Of a stretch of DNA of 64,000 nucleotides, positions 25,310-38,104 are shown one piece after another. The translations under genes and the position numbers were made by a program. This stretch comes from Hyphochytrium catenoides (lineage: Eukaryota; Protista; Hyphochytriomycota). The notes beneath the pieces are model-generated. The model searched no databases. It was given only the letters and a program-made list of their open reading frames with translations, and was not told where the DNA came from. The stretch is from the NCBI GenBank assembly GCA_900088475.1, contig FLMG01000971.1, forward strand, positions 1-64,000. Direction: 5' to 3'. Numbering within the stretch: the stretch's first letter is position 1; each line of letters starts with the position of its first letter.

Positions 25310-26329
25310 AACAAGAGGGGGAGAGAGGGAGGTAGGAGAGGGAGAGGATGAGAGAGAGAGAGACACACACATTTGAAAGATCCCCTTCCTTCTCTCAACC
25401 TCTCTCTCCCTTGTTTTCAGTGCTGTAGGGGGAAGACGGGACTCTTTGCTAGCGAAGTCACCAGTAGGAAATACTTCCAACTCTTTTGTTGATGCATTCC
25501 TGCCTTACAAAGGCAGGATTGGATCATCCGTGTACAGAGCACATCCAAAAAGGAAGAGAGGCGGAGGGAGAGCGAGAGAGAAAAGAAGGCCAGAGAGGAA
25601 CACAGGGCACGAGACTCAAAAGTCAAGTGTAGAGGGAAACAGAGAGAGAAGCAATAGGAGGATCTACATCAGTCTTGTAGAACTGTGAAGAGAAGGGAGC
25701 AGAGGAATCTTTCGACTGTCAAGTGAGAGTGGAGCGAGAGAGAGAGAGAGAGAGAGAGANNNNNNNNNNNNNNNNNNNNNNNNNNNNNNNNNNNNNNNNN
25801 NNNNNNNNAGAGACCACAAGGTAGAACGGGAGTCAAAGTCTAGGTCTAGTCATCCAAAAGGTTGGTGACAGAGAGAGCTCTCTCACCCACTCCTCTCGCT
25901 GGTAGGGTAGGAAGAGATTTCTCTGGTATGTAGCCTTCGAATGTCTCTGATGCTTTGGATCTCGAAGAAAACAGTTGCTCTCGCCACTCTGTCTTTCTCC
26001 CCCCGTCTCTCTCTCTCTCTCTCCTTTCCCTCTCTCTCGCGCCTTTTACATATATTTAACCTGCATCTACCTTCTTGCTATGTGGTGTCTCTCCCCATTG
26101 ACTCTTTTCTCTCTCTCTTTCTCTCTTGGTTTTGTGGAAGGAACTTCTTCTGTCTTTACATTGTCGTGGTTCTTCATTGCCCGTCATTTTCCTCCCCCTG
26201 ACCAGGTATTCGCTCACTCTCTCTCTCTCTCTGCTTTCTCTCTCTTGTTCTCGCTCTCTCCTCTTTCTCTCTCTCTTTGTCTCTCTCTTGTTTCCTCTCT
26301 CTCTCACCCCCATGATGCTCAGTTTGCCA

Positions 26330-26360
<31 letters not shown>

Positions 26361-26400
26361 CACTCTCTCTCTTTCCCTCTCTCTCTCTGTCTCTTCATCA
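25310..26400. repeat. GA-rich tract running into an assembly gap (N run ~25760-25808), followed by an opposite-polarity CT tract (~25975-26400)
   Basis: Directly visible. Confidence 0.92.
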
Positions 26401-27349
26401 GAAGCAGCTGATGGGATCCTTTCCTTGTCATAGTCTGTGCCTAAGAACAAGAGAGAAAAAGGGACTTATGGCGGCCTTAGCGCTGCGGGTGTCACCTGGA
26501 CGTATGCCGCATTGCTTCCCTCTCCTCTTATCCCCAATCCTCCTCTCGTGCAGCTCTGCCTCGTTACGATATGGGTCTTCTCGTACATCTCGTGGTCTTA
26601 GCTGCAATACCTCATTCTAACCTAAAGTTAGCTAATCAAGGCGGTTTACTCGCTCTAACTAGCGATAAACTTGCCTCTGTCACGGTTCTCTTCGGGGCGT
26701 GGTGTGCCATCTCGTGATGACTCTTCCTTTATTTGCTGTTGTTTGCTTGCTCTTGGTTTGCCGTCTTTGTTTCTCTTCGGTCCGGGCAGCTCATGATCTG
26801 CTAAGATACTACACTGGCCAGAGGCACTCACTTCGAGATATCCTCTAATTGACGCATTTATCCTTACTCTACAGCTAATCTAAGGGCTAGTAATTCAGCT
26901 AATAAATGATCAGGGTAAGCATTTCCAAATGTAAATAGAGGAAACTTAATGTCTCAAATTCTGATTTTGTCGCCAGCTGCAACCCTAGGACCGTGTAGTT
27001 GGGCTAGGGCCCAAAACCTTCGCCGGTGCAGATTGTGTGGACGTCCCACCCAAAATCCCACCTACACTCTCGGTCATCCCGAACCTACGCCGGTAGGCGG
27101 GTGGGGAATGACATAACTAATACTGACATCATAGGATGGATGGGCTGCCTGGCGGTACACGAATAAGTCCCAGTGTATGATTGGACCACCCGCCCGCTGT
27201 TGTGTAGAGTATATACACTGGTCAGCAAGAAGAAGGGAGAGAGAGACGTTGACCATGAAAAAGCAGCAGAACCGAGCCTTCTCAGTCCAATTCCTCGTCA
27301 ATGGCGAACATCAATTGCAACATTACTGATTGAAACATTTCCTTTCTAT

Positions 27350-27840
27350 TCCTTCATTCTCTGATAACACCATAGGAAAGATTGGGCCTCACCACCTTCA
27401 TAGTTGAAACCTATCTTTCACCTCAATTTCTCTCACCCAAATCATGGGCCAAAAAATCGATGCAATAAGTCTGGCTTGAGGCCCCACCCACTTTGGTGTC
27501 TTGTCCATAAGATAATGACTTCTTAGCCTTGCACTTAACCCTCATCCGCCCACTCTGTCTCACCCAAATCCCTATCCAAAATTCCCGAGTGGAATCATTT
27601 CATGAAACCTTTGATATTTTGGCTATGAAGTCAGGGCTGAAGCGGCGCAACTTCAAAAACTTCATGAGATTGTTACGAAACTCGTGAATCTTTCTCCAGT
27701 CTCTTTCAGCTAAGAGTTGTCATCCCTTTGTATGAAGAGAGGCGCTTGACACAGAGCCAGCGCTCCAGCTCTTTAGAGCCCAGAACAAAAATTGGAGACT
27801 GGCACCAAACGGCGCTTGCTCTGAACAGCAGGTCAGCAGA
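27350..27840 (-). mobile_element. Putative decayed Penelope-like retroelement fragment (RT thumb / C-terminal linker)
   Basis: Frameshifted minus-strand peptides ..VKRLSSY / KIHEFRNNLMKFLKLRRFSPDFIAKISKVS*ND / KVVRPNLSYGVIR resemble from memory the PLE pattern R(L/I)SS...L..RGYP..F....V...R...PNLR. No catalytic YxDD was seen. Confidence 0.35.
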
Positions 27841-30521
27841 TGATGTGCGACTGATGAGGACTAGCGATGTCCAGCTTCGATGGTGACGATTTTCGATGGT
27901 CTGCTTGTTGCCTCCTACCAGTACTGATGACTCTCCTCTATGCCTCTGAACCTAGTAGTTCAAGTCTTAGGCTTGAAGGGGTAGTGTCCCTTGGTAGGAG
28001 TTTGCGTGGGCCACATCTTGACTTGCAGAACGCTTGCCTTAGTCTGAGACATTCGGCCGCCTCTTGGTGGGATGAGACAGGCGATATGAGCACCACCACA
28101 TCTTCGCATGTCTACCCGCAGCATACGTGTTGGGACTTTCTATAACATACATTTATAAATTGTATAGCCAGCAGCCAGCTGGTGAACTAGGAAGGTTGGA
28201 TGGAGGTTGAATAGAAAGGACCTGCAGCAGTACAGGTACAACTTATTCTGCAATGTCAGCTTCTCAACGGTAGCAATTAGCCCGGCTGGTGGGCGGCAGA
28301 ATTTCGTTTTTTGAACTCGGCGATAAAAATCGGCGAATCTTCCGAAACTCTTTTAGATGTTCTATGTACTGTGCAGAATGAGCTAGAACTACCGATGGGC
28401 AAGAGTCACCAGGCCCCCACCACAGTGGAGGATGGTTCGTGGAAGCAGACGAGGTTGGGAGGGCTAACAAAGTATGCTGCGGTTTCAAGCGTCGGATTCC
28501 GAGGATCATTGGGCAATAGTAGTGACAGAATAACGGCGTCAAACATTGTGAAAGTACCTCACTATCATTTTCCATCATGTTGAAAAAGGCTTCCTTTCCT
28601 GTCCTATGTCGCTCGGTCGATGTACCTGCCGGCTAGCCGCTAGTCCACTTCGCAGTCCCAGGAGAGGGAGGTAAAGACGTATCTGATCCGTGGTAACCTC
28701 CATTGTCCACACATGTTTCTACTGTTTCCTATGATGGTCATCATCGTCCAACGCTCAGATGTTACCTTCATTCTACCATGGATCACGAGATCGCTGGTGG
28801 AGTGGCGACAGGAAGAAACGTCGCTTCTATTTCTAGCGACCTAGTTATATGAGAGGAGAGGCAATTATTAGAACACCAGCCTGCCGTTGATGAGAAGATC
28901 TACTTTCACCAATAGCGTTCGGCTTGAGGAATAGTGCTGTCTTTTTAGGGCCTTCTAGTGCTCTCGGGCTGGCCATAGATCTACTCACTTCCACTATCGC
29001 CTCAAGATGCCTTCTTGTGACACAACTTTAACGAAATAAATGACAGCTCCTGATGATGAGTTCTCTAGAGCCGAACGACTATGAAGATGTCGACTTGAGG
29101 ATCGGCCTCTACACTTGGAAAAGACCCCGTTCGTCTTTCCTTCCAACTTACTTCTTCTTCTTGATAACACATCACTTCTTCGCTACCTATCGAAAGAGAG
29201 TGGATCCTCGTCGGTCCCACCAAGCGTCGGAAACTACCTTTACTACACAGTAGTAAGTGTACTAATACTTATTGACTCTGACCAGCTGGGTTTTTACTGC
29301 TCGTCTCCCAACAGCTGTACTCAATCACGCTCATCCTTCGTCGTCGCAAGAAGTAACTAAGAGCAGCTCGTTCGCTCTTACTGCCTCGAAAGATCCCCCG
29401 TACCTTGATTAGCTAGTAGTACTAGGAAACTAAACGAGATACCTGTCTCTAGATCAACCTTCACAGTGGTTGAGTAGCCCCTACTGAGCACCACGGTATC
29501 TGTTGTCCGACAGAGTTCGTGCCGCTTCGACCTTAGATAATGTCAGAGCCCTGTAGAACCAAAGGAAGACGACTTTCGCGGTACAGTAGAGCTGCACTGT
29601 TACCCTAATAAAAGACTCTCTTTCTTGGGCGATAGTAAAAAGAACGACCCTTCGAAGCATGGAGTTACTAAGTGTCATTTATTTGGTGCACACGAAAGCC
29701 CATGCCAATTGATAGCTGTAGGCCCTTGTACTCTTACTTGCGGTTGAGATCCTCGTAAAAGCTCAACAGAATGCCGTGCTACGGTTACTTTTATAAGAGG
29801 AACGCAAAGCTTTAACAACAACAGGATAAGGCCTTACCAGGAAGGAGGACTAGCAGCCTACAGCGAAGAAGGCGTACGTAGGTTTTCTAGATGCTATCAA
29901 GGTCAAGTCAGCTTCTGAGAAAGCTGCTGCTTCTTGACCTTTCTCAGCCCACGTGCTGGCGACGCCTCAAGCACTTCCTCGTTCTACTGCTGCGGCAGCA
30001 GCGAGCAGTGTGGATGGCGGAGAGCTGTGGAAGATCGGAAGATCACTTTCCAATCCATTTCTGGAGCTCTCAGCAACACTTTCTAGAACCCTACTTGATA
30101 GGCGTTAGCGACTACCATGCATCTCACCACCATCCGTAATCCTGTTGCCGAAGCTCTTAGAAAAGAACTGCATTATCTAGTAGTAAGATAGATTTATGAA
30201 ATACATATTATCGGTGTTTGTTGTATGGAGGAGGCTGTCAGCCATTGGGAAGAGAATGACAGGGTAAGAAGGCATATTACTATTGTGTTTCACTATCATA
30301 TAAATACACTTAATATGGAGCGGTTCGTTCTTGAGCTGTATTACTACTGCGGGAGGAGGGCACATGGTTGAGGTCCGCGCACCCGTACTTGTAGAAAGAT
30401 TTCCACATCATGACCATTCTGAAGATTATTGCCTTCCACGCAAATCTCCTTCAGATCATTGATTGATCTCCTTCTCTATCCAGTGATACCACACTGATAG
30501 CCTCAAGACTAGCAAGTAAAA

Positions 30522-32317
30522 ATGCTAAGATACAGCAAGGTAGCGAAGTCTATGGCCCTCGCGGCCCGTGGGGCAAGAGGAATGGCTACCGGAAAGGAGC
30601 TCAAGTTTGGTGTTGAGGTACGATGTTGTGCTTCTTACGTGCCCTGATGGATGATGGAGCAAACTGAGAACTCCTGGTTGTACTATGCCGACAGGGAAGA
30701 GCTCTTATGCTCAGAGGCGTGGACCAGCTGGCTGATGCCGTACAGGTTACCTTGGGTCCTAAAGGAAGAAATGCCATCCTTGACCAGTCCTATGGTGCAC
30801 CAAAGATCACTAAGGATGGTGTAACCGTTGCTCGTCACATCGAGTTCAAGGACCGCTTTGAGAACATGGGTGCACAGCTTGTACGTCAGGTTGCAAGCAA
30901 CGCTAATGATGCTGCGGGTGATGGTACCACCACTGCTACCGTTCTCGCCCGTGCCATTTTCAGTGAAGGATGCAAGAGCGTCGCAGCTGGTATGAACCCA
31001 ATGGACTTGCGACGAGGCATTCAAATGGCTGTCGACCATGTGGTTGAGGAGCTGAACAAACTAGCGGTTGATATTGATGATAAGCAGAAGGTGGCTCAGG
31101 TAGCAACCATCTCTGCCAACTCTGAGAAGGAGATTGGTGACATGCTTAGTGAGGCTATGGAGAGAGTAGGCAAGGAGGGTGTTATCACAGTGCAAGATGG
31201 AAGAACTCTCTTCAACGAGCTTGAAGTGGTGGAGGGAATGAAGTTCGACCGCGGATATATCTCACCTTACTTTGTCACCAACAATAAGACTCAGGCGTGC
31301 GAGCTTGAGAACCCCTACGTTCTGCTTGTAGAGAAGAAAGTCTCCAGCCTTCAGAGTCTGATTCCTCTTCTCGAAATGGTTATCAAGGAAGGCCGCCCTC
31401 TTCTGATCATCGCTGAAGACGTCGAGAGTGAAGCACTGGCTGCGCTTGTAGTAAACAAGCTTCGCGGTGGTCTGAAGGTGTGTGCAGTCAAGGCTCCAGG
31501 CTTTGGAGACAACCGCAAGGCCAATCTCCAAGATATGGCAGTCCTCACTGGTGGTCAGGTTGTTAGCGAGGATGTAGGCATCAGGCTGGATGGCGTAACT
31601 CCTGATATGCTCGGCAGCTGCAAGAAGATCACTGTTACTAAGGAAGACACCATCATCCTCGACGGAGCAGGATCTTCTGACGCCATTCAAGAGCGTTGCA
31701 CTCTTATCAGAGAGAGCATCTCTAACACCAGCTCTGAATATGAGAAGGAGAAGCTTCAGGAGCGTCTCGCAAAGCTCTCGGGCGGCATTGCTGTCATCAA
31801 GGTGGGAGGTGCCAGCGAGGTCGAAGTAGGAGAAAAGAAGGATAGGTTCGTTGATGCGTTGAACGCCACCCGCGCAGCAGTAGAGGAGGGCATCGTTCCT
31901 GGTGGTGGTGTAGCTCTCCTCTGGACTTCAAAGTCTCTCCCTGCTCTCTATGAGAAGTGCGAGAACATGGATCAGAAGGTGGGCGTACAAATCATTCAGA
32001 GGGCTCTGCAATACCCCATCAGCCAAATTGTCAAGAATGCTGGCCAGGAAGGCGCCGTCATTGTGGGCAAGCTTCTGGAGAGCGACAAGTCAACATGGGG
32101 CTACAACGCACAGACCAACACTTTCGTTGATATGATGGAAGCAGGCATCATTGACCCCGTGAAGGTGGTGCGAACCGCTTTGATTGATGCTTCTTCGGTC
32201 GCGGCCCTAATGATGACGGCAGAGAGTATGGTAGTTGATCTTCCTGCTGAGCCAGCAGCTGCAGGAGGAGCTGGCATGGGTGGAATGGGAGGTATGGGTG
32301 GCATGCCAATGATGTAA
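30522..32317 (+). CDS. HSP60: Mitochondrial chaperonin Hsp60/Cpn60; exons 30522-30617 and 30695-32317
   Basis: Basic transit peptide [30 protein letters not shown]|[16 protein letters not shown] across a 77-nt intron. [24 protein letters not shown] and a C-terminal GGM tail. Confidence 0.98.
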
Positions 32318-32676
32318 GGGAAAAAGAAAATAAAAGTAGGTAAAGAGAGACCAAGAAGAAATGGAAGTCAGAAACTACGATGTCTCTCCCTCACTATCAA
32401 GACTAATAGATAGGGTTTTTATTATTGCTTCTTAGAGACGCTTGAGATGCCAAGAAGCTAACATACAGACCGGGAAGACCAAAGGGTCGACTACTCTCCT
32501 TGCCTGCAGCAGAGTCGTCTTTGAAGGTGAAGAACAGCGCTCTGTACACGGACCACAGCTGGTCCTAAATGCAGCACCTTCCTTGTCTACTCCCATCTCC
32601 GCTTTTCCTGGGCAGGATACCAGTCACCCCGCAAGCACGCATTTTGCTCATGAAACGGACGGAAAAGCTTCTACAT

Positions 32677-35600
32677 TTATTCCTGGGTAGTGTAACAGCC
32701 CGCGGCAAGAAGAAGATTTCTGTTGGTGAAGCGCAGCGAGTAGACTGGTGTCTTCTTTGTGTACAAAGTCTTCATCAAACATTGTGCAGGCTCCATGTCC
32801 GCCTCGGGGTCACGAACCTAATGCCATGCACAACGATGGGCAGAACATTATAACCTCACTCAACAAATAAGAGTTCCGCAGCGATTGACGGAGGGCGGAC
32901 AGTGCGCTAGGATATAAGAACAGCTCGGCACAAAGAGAGGGAGAGATATGGGCGGCTGAGCAGCTGACTTACACGTGCACTAGAGAATAATCCATTGTCA
33001 GCAGCGTGGGCAGCCTTCTTTGTACTTAATGCAGCACTTTTTTTGCTGAAGGAGCCCCGAGCTATTGACATGTCCCAAAGACGGACTGTATTGTCGGCAC
33101 CTATCGGGGCAGAATTAGCGGTGGTCAAAATCGTCGTATACGCCAAGGAGTGCGGGGCATGTCAATAGTAAGGGGCGATAGGCAATGAGGTCGATAAACC
33201 ACGCATTCCACTCGAGGTGAACTGCAACAAGGTTCCTCCAGGTGCTCGCGACAACATGCACGCTTACCTCCACTCGCAATCAGAGCTCCATCCTTGCTAA
33301 AGTCTAAGCTATAAATAGCCCCAGTGTGGCCATTCAAGGTCTCTATCTTCTTACCGCTGCCGAGATCCCAGAGATTAATAAATGGATCTTCCCCTAACGC
33401 CAACACAAGATGTAAGCAAGAGGGATGTGAACACAATGAATAGTCTCCCCATGCCAAATCTCAGCGTCTCTTCCAGTAAGACCTAGCCCTGTTGTGCCCT
33501 GTACTTCTAGTCTCTACTCAATCAAGGACCCAGGTGCAGCTTACTCTTATGCTTAACAACTATCACCCTTGCTACTTTAGGATGGTCCACATCTCTAAAG
33601 TTAGTCTGAAATATATTTGATTTTCCCCATCCTCCGCCATCTTTCTTACCAGCAGAAGCCAGGATTCTTCCATTAGGTGAAAATGCAAGACAGCGCACAG
33701 CGTTCTGGTGGCCGTTAAACATTCGCACACTCCTGCCACTCTGCACATCCCACAGCCGTATTGACTTGTCTCCGCTGCCAGTAGCCAGGTAATTGCAGTT
33801 TGGATGGAAGCGCACACTCTGCCAGCAAGACTCAGGTCAACGGGACAACACAAACATCCGGCAACAACAAGTAGTAAACAAACACACTTTCAGCCAAAGT
33901 AAGTAAGTAGTGGGTCCAACCACTATCAGGAAAATAAACATCAGGAAAATAAAGATCAGCTACGACGAGCGAAATCTCTCTGACCTCGACATCAGACGTG
34001 TGGCCCACGAAGAGGCGAAGGGGATTGAGGTTATCCGTACTCCAAAGCCTAGCAGTTCGGTCCATGGATGCAGAGGCAAAGTAGTAGCCAGTAGCAGAAT
34101 ACGCCAAGTCCCACACCGGATAGTTGTGTCCTCTGTAGACGACCTGTACGGGAGTCAACGGATTGTCATATTCTACCTTCACACCCAACTCCTTGGGATC
34201 GGTCTCCCTACGCCCAGCTCTAGTGCTGCCCCGACATCACCCCATTCTGTCTGCTGTTTCTCTTCTATTTTATCTGCTGACGGGTTAACGAGAAGATACT
34301 ATCATCTCCTCATCAGCCGAAGATGGTCCCACAAATCTGGTAATATCTAATAGCATAACGTCGATGACGGATTCTCTCTGTAATCATCCTCACACTGTTC
34401 TGTTACTCTTCTTCTGCAAAGCCCTGGTAAACGCTTGTTTATCACAAATCCACCTCGAATCCATCCTACCAGATTTGATCCAGTGTCGACCGACCACAAC
34501 CTTATGCTGGCGTCAGCGGAGCATGACAGAGCAAAGTGATTGTCTGGAGAAAAGGAGACACCGTACACGGGCCCGGAGTGGCCAATCAGCACCTTACAGC
34601 TGCGACAGGAGGGGAATTCGTAAGCAAATAGATCACCTTAGGCTGGTTCGCCAGTAGAATAAAGATTTAGCCAAATCTGGCTTACCCCATTTCTTCCGTG
34701 ACATCTATAGACTTTGCGGAGCTGGAAGACTCGTTGGTGTCGTTTCGCCATAATCTAATCATCGAATCCTCGAACCCAGCTGCCACCTAACAGAGCGTAC
34801 TGGTATGAGGAAGGAATTCCCTCGACCTAACCCGTTAGAGAGGAGATAGAGCTATTTACACTTACATGTAAAGCGTCGTTTGATATGTCCGTACAGGTGA
34901 GTCCATGCTTTGTGTTGAAAAAGGTATGACAGAGAACGGAGGGCAATGCCGAAGGACCCAAACGTACGCGCATCCGAGAGTCTTCGAGCTCCTAAAGAAT
35001 CAGATCGTTGAAAGGTCAGTACCTGATGGGGGTCAATTGGCGAAGCTCCTATACATCACCTGCAACGTGACTTTTGCTGGCTTCCGAAGCACTATCTTCT
35101 CAAGAATGTTACTATTATAGTCATCCTTTCGGTCAGGTATTGGGCCCTCAGCCTGCACGATCTTCACTTTCACCTAATGATATGAAGTATAAGTAGAAGG
35201 AACTCGGTTGTGATACCCATTCCGATTTACTCATGGCCGCTGTGCTCCGTTGGTCCTAACTTACGTTCTCTTCGTCTTTTGCTGGCCCAGGGCCCGCTAA
35301 CGCTTGGTTATTGTCTTCGGTACCCTCATCCTTTTTGGAAGGCTTATGGCCTTCGTCTTTCTTGAGCTTCCCAGGTTCATCCTTCTTAGCCTAAGTCGAG
35401 TCTGTCAGGGTAAGAGAGCCCTTGATTATCGGCTTCAAAGAGAATACCTTCTTTCTCTCAGCTTCATCCGCCTCAGCTTCACCTCCTGTTGCCTGCCTCT
35501 TCTGTGCTGCATCTACCTTCTTCTCTTGAAGGGCGCGATCACGCCCTAATAGAGTAAGCATCAAAGTGAATAGAAAAAAGCCGCTTCAGCATTGAAAGCT

Positions 35601-37364
35601 TTATAGTTGACGCTTTTGACTTTCTTCATTTTCATGGTCCATTCGCTCTGGCACGAGTCTCCTGAACATACCTGATTTATGTTTGGTCTCCAAAACCTTC
35701 GTTGGGAATACGCCCCAAAGCACAGGAGGATCATGCCCTTCTGGGTGTAGTGCATCTTGTATCCCATCCTCCACAGTCACTTCTGGTTTGTGCGTCGCTG
35801 CTAAAGAGAGCTTATCTGTGAAGTATATCGAGGCGGAAAGATAGTAAGCGACATGAGAGGGGAAAGGAAACTTTTTTGTTGTGAACAACCTGTCGCTTGT
35901 CTTGTGTCCTCGGGATTCACCATGACGATACTGCCAGGCTGTCCTAGGGAATCGGCTGTCTTGGCCTAGAGAGAGGTATACAGATGGAGGAGGGACGAGA
36001 CGTTGCAGTTAAAGCGGGAGATAGCGGCAAGTAAGAGAAGAACAGCATAGACCTAGTTTCCCAAATCAGGTTCAGAGCCACCATCGGCAAACATACAGAC
36101 GGAGGAGGTACGAGGCGTTGCAGTTGAAGCGGGAGACAGCGGCAAGTTAAAAAGAACACCATAGACCTAGTTGCCCAAATCAGATTCAAAGTCACCCAAG
36201 CCTAAGAATGATTCACCTTAAGCGCAGGCTGGTTCCGAACGATCTTGATGTTGACCCGCTTATTGAGGATGTAAAGAAGTAGAAACATCTGGGCATCTGT
36301 CAGAACTGAGGAAAGTAGCTCGAATGACAGTAAGCTCATGTTCACTTGGAACTTGCTTGACAGGATCTTTTGTGCATACTGTGGAACGGAAATAGCACGT
36401 GAGACGTAGCTGACCGCTTGCTAAAATTACACTTGGTCCCCTCTTAGTTAGCTGCAACCACTCCTAGGTACTGATCAAGATGCGCTTTGACTTTGATAGT
36501 CGGACCTCTCCTTCTTCCCGGTCAGTGGACTACCTCGTTGATCTTGATATGGGCCGGAGTGACAATCATGGCTAGCTGCTGCAGCTCGGTAGGAAAAGGT
36601 CGCCTAACTTCGTCTGCATGCCGCTCAAAGAAGGCCTTCGCCTCCCGAACGAAGCCCCGGGTCATTAGCTCCAGGAAGCAGTGAGCGAATAAGGGAAACA
36701 CGACCCCGTAAAGTTCATGCTGCCGTTGAGGGTTGCAATGCAAGAGAAGGGGAATTAAAGGAGATAGTTGTTGTCAGAATCATGACTGAGGAAGTAAGTA
36801 AGGACAGGGCTACCGACCTTAAAGCTGTCTAATGAGTTCGATATCCAGCTGAGGAGGCTACTGAAGCTTTCCTCATAAGCTAAAGGATTGCCCTGATGGA
36901 CGCCCCAGAACAGCTGTGGAAGAGTGTATCAGAGCACCTCCCATCCCACCAGTCACGGATCACTTGGTATAACATACCACATTGTTTCCAGTGCAAACAT
37001 CAGCTTTTAGTCCCATGAGTAAGGTGTATCGATCTAAGTCAGCGGTCGGTCGCTCATTGTCACCCTAGCGACAAGAGTCAGTAACCCGCAGAAAGGTTTC
37101 GTTCAGTCTATTAGCGGGGTCGCTTACAGTTGACTTGCGACCCTGTGCTCCAGAGCTCTCTTGCATGATTTGGGCTGCCTTATGATAGCCTTTGTCTCGG
37201 AGGTACTGCACTACGATACCGTCCACAAGAGCTTCATTTTCATCGGTCTCCTACAGAGGGCGTTTACAATCTATGTCAACAACCATCTAAGATTCATATA
37301 CATTCACCTTCACGGATTCCTTCGCCGCAGGAGGAGCTTTCTGTTGAGAGTCAGGAGCGCTCAT
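32677..37364 (-). CDS. TAF5: TFIID subunit TAF5 (LisH + NTD2 + WD40 repeats), many exons
   Basis: LisH-like [18 protein letters not shown]2: [13 protein letters not shown]|[20 protein letters not shown]40 repeats [48 protein letters not shown]-terminal [21 protein letters not shown]. Confidence 0.94.
35978..36196. repeat. Diverged 115-bp tandem duplication (~2 copies) inside a TAF5 intron
   Basis: ATACAGA(T/C)GGAGGAGG.. begins at both 35978 and 36093; the copies align over about 100 bp. Confidence 0.9.
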
Positions 37365-38104
37365 AATTCGGTCCAAACAGAGCTTTCCAGCTCCCAGCCA
37401 CCAAGCCGCGCTCCCCAGCAGCGTACGCTCTAATCACTTGCAAGTAACAGGTCAAGCAGGAGTGATCATTCGATACTAACCCTTCAGGATGGTTATTCGG
37501 CAACCACTCTACTCCATATCCCAACGTAGAACCCTAAGTTGTCCTATCTACTCCTATAACGCGAGGTTAAGTTAAGATGACCTCACTGAAGCCCTGCAGA
37601 CAGTCTTAGCGCCGAGAGACCTGGGGAAGTGGAGGAGAGACTCTTCTTCTCTTTGTGGAGCTCTTCTGCTTTCTGCTTGTCTGCATCTGCTGCGTGCTCG
37701 ACAATGTGATGGAGATTCTGGACTAGCATCTTATGTCCAGTCCTCCCCCTGGGGATTGCCGTCGATCAGAAGCCCCACTGTTTATTCCTATGAACAGTTG
37801 TACCACTGCTAACGCCTTTGTACGTCTAAAATAATAGAGCTCTGAAGGGGCCTTCTGTCTGTCTGATTGAAGCTTGTGGAAGGTGAAGCTGACAGAGCCC
37901 ACTAGGGTTCACTAGTGCACGATGTGAAGCTGCTTCAGTGACCATTGCAGCTCGTTCCATGGGCGGCGCCTCGCCCCAGAACCTTGCAGTGGAGGTGCTA
38001 TCAAACAGCTGGTATGGAGATTAGTATGGTGAGTCGCATCCCAACATTATCAGGCCAGGGCAGTGCTGCGTACGGTGTGAGAAAGAGCTCATAAAACTGG
38101 GGAT

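Noticed and set aside
27851-27960. CTGATGA-GGAC..GTCC resembling a hammerhead ribozyme core near the PLE-like fragment
   Set aside because: The required GAAA after stem II is absent, and stems I and III cannot be formed.
29800-30520. Expected head-to-head Hsp10 gene and heat-shock elements upstream of Hsp60
   Set aside because: No Hsp10-like peptide was seen on the minus strand, and the GAA/TTC units near 30390-30425 lack nGAAnnTTCn spacing.
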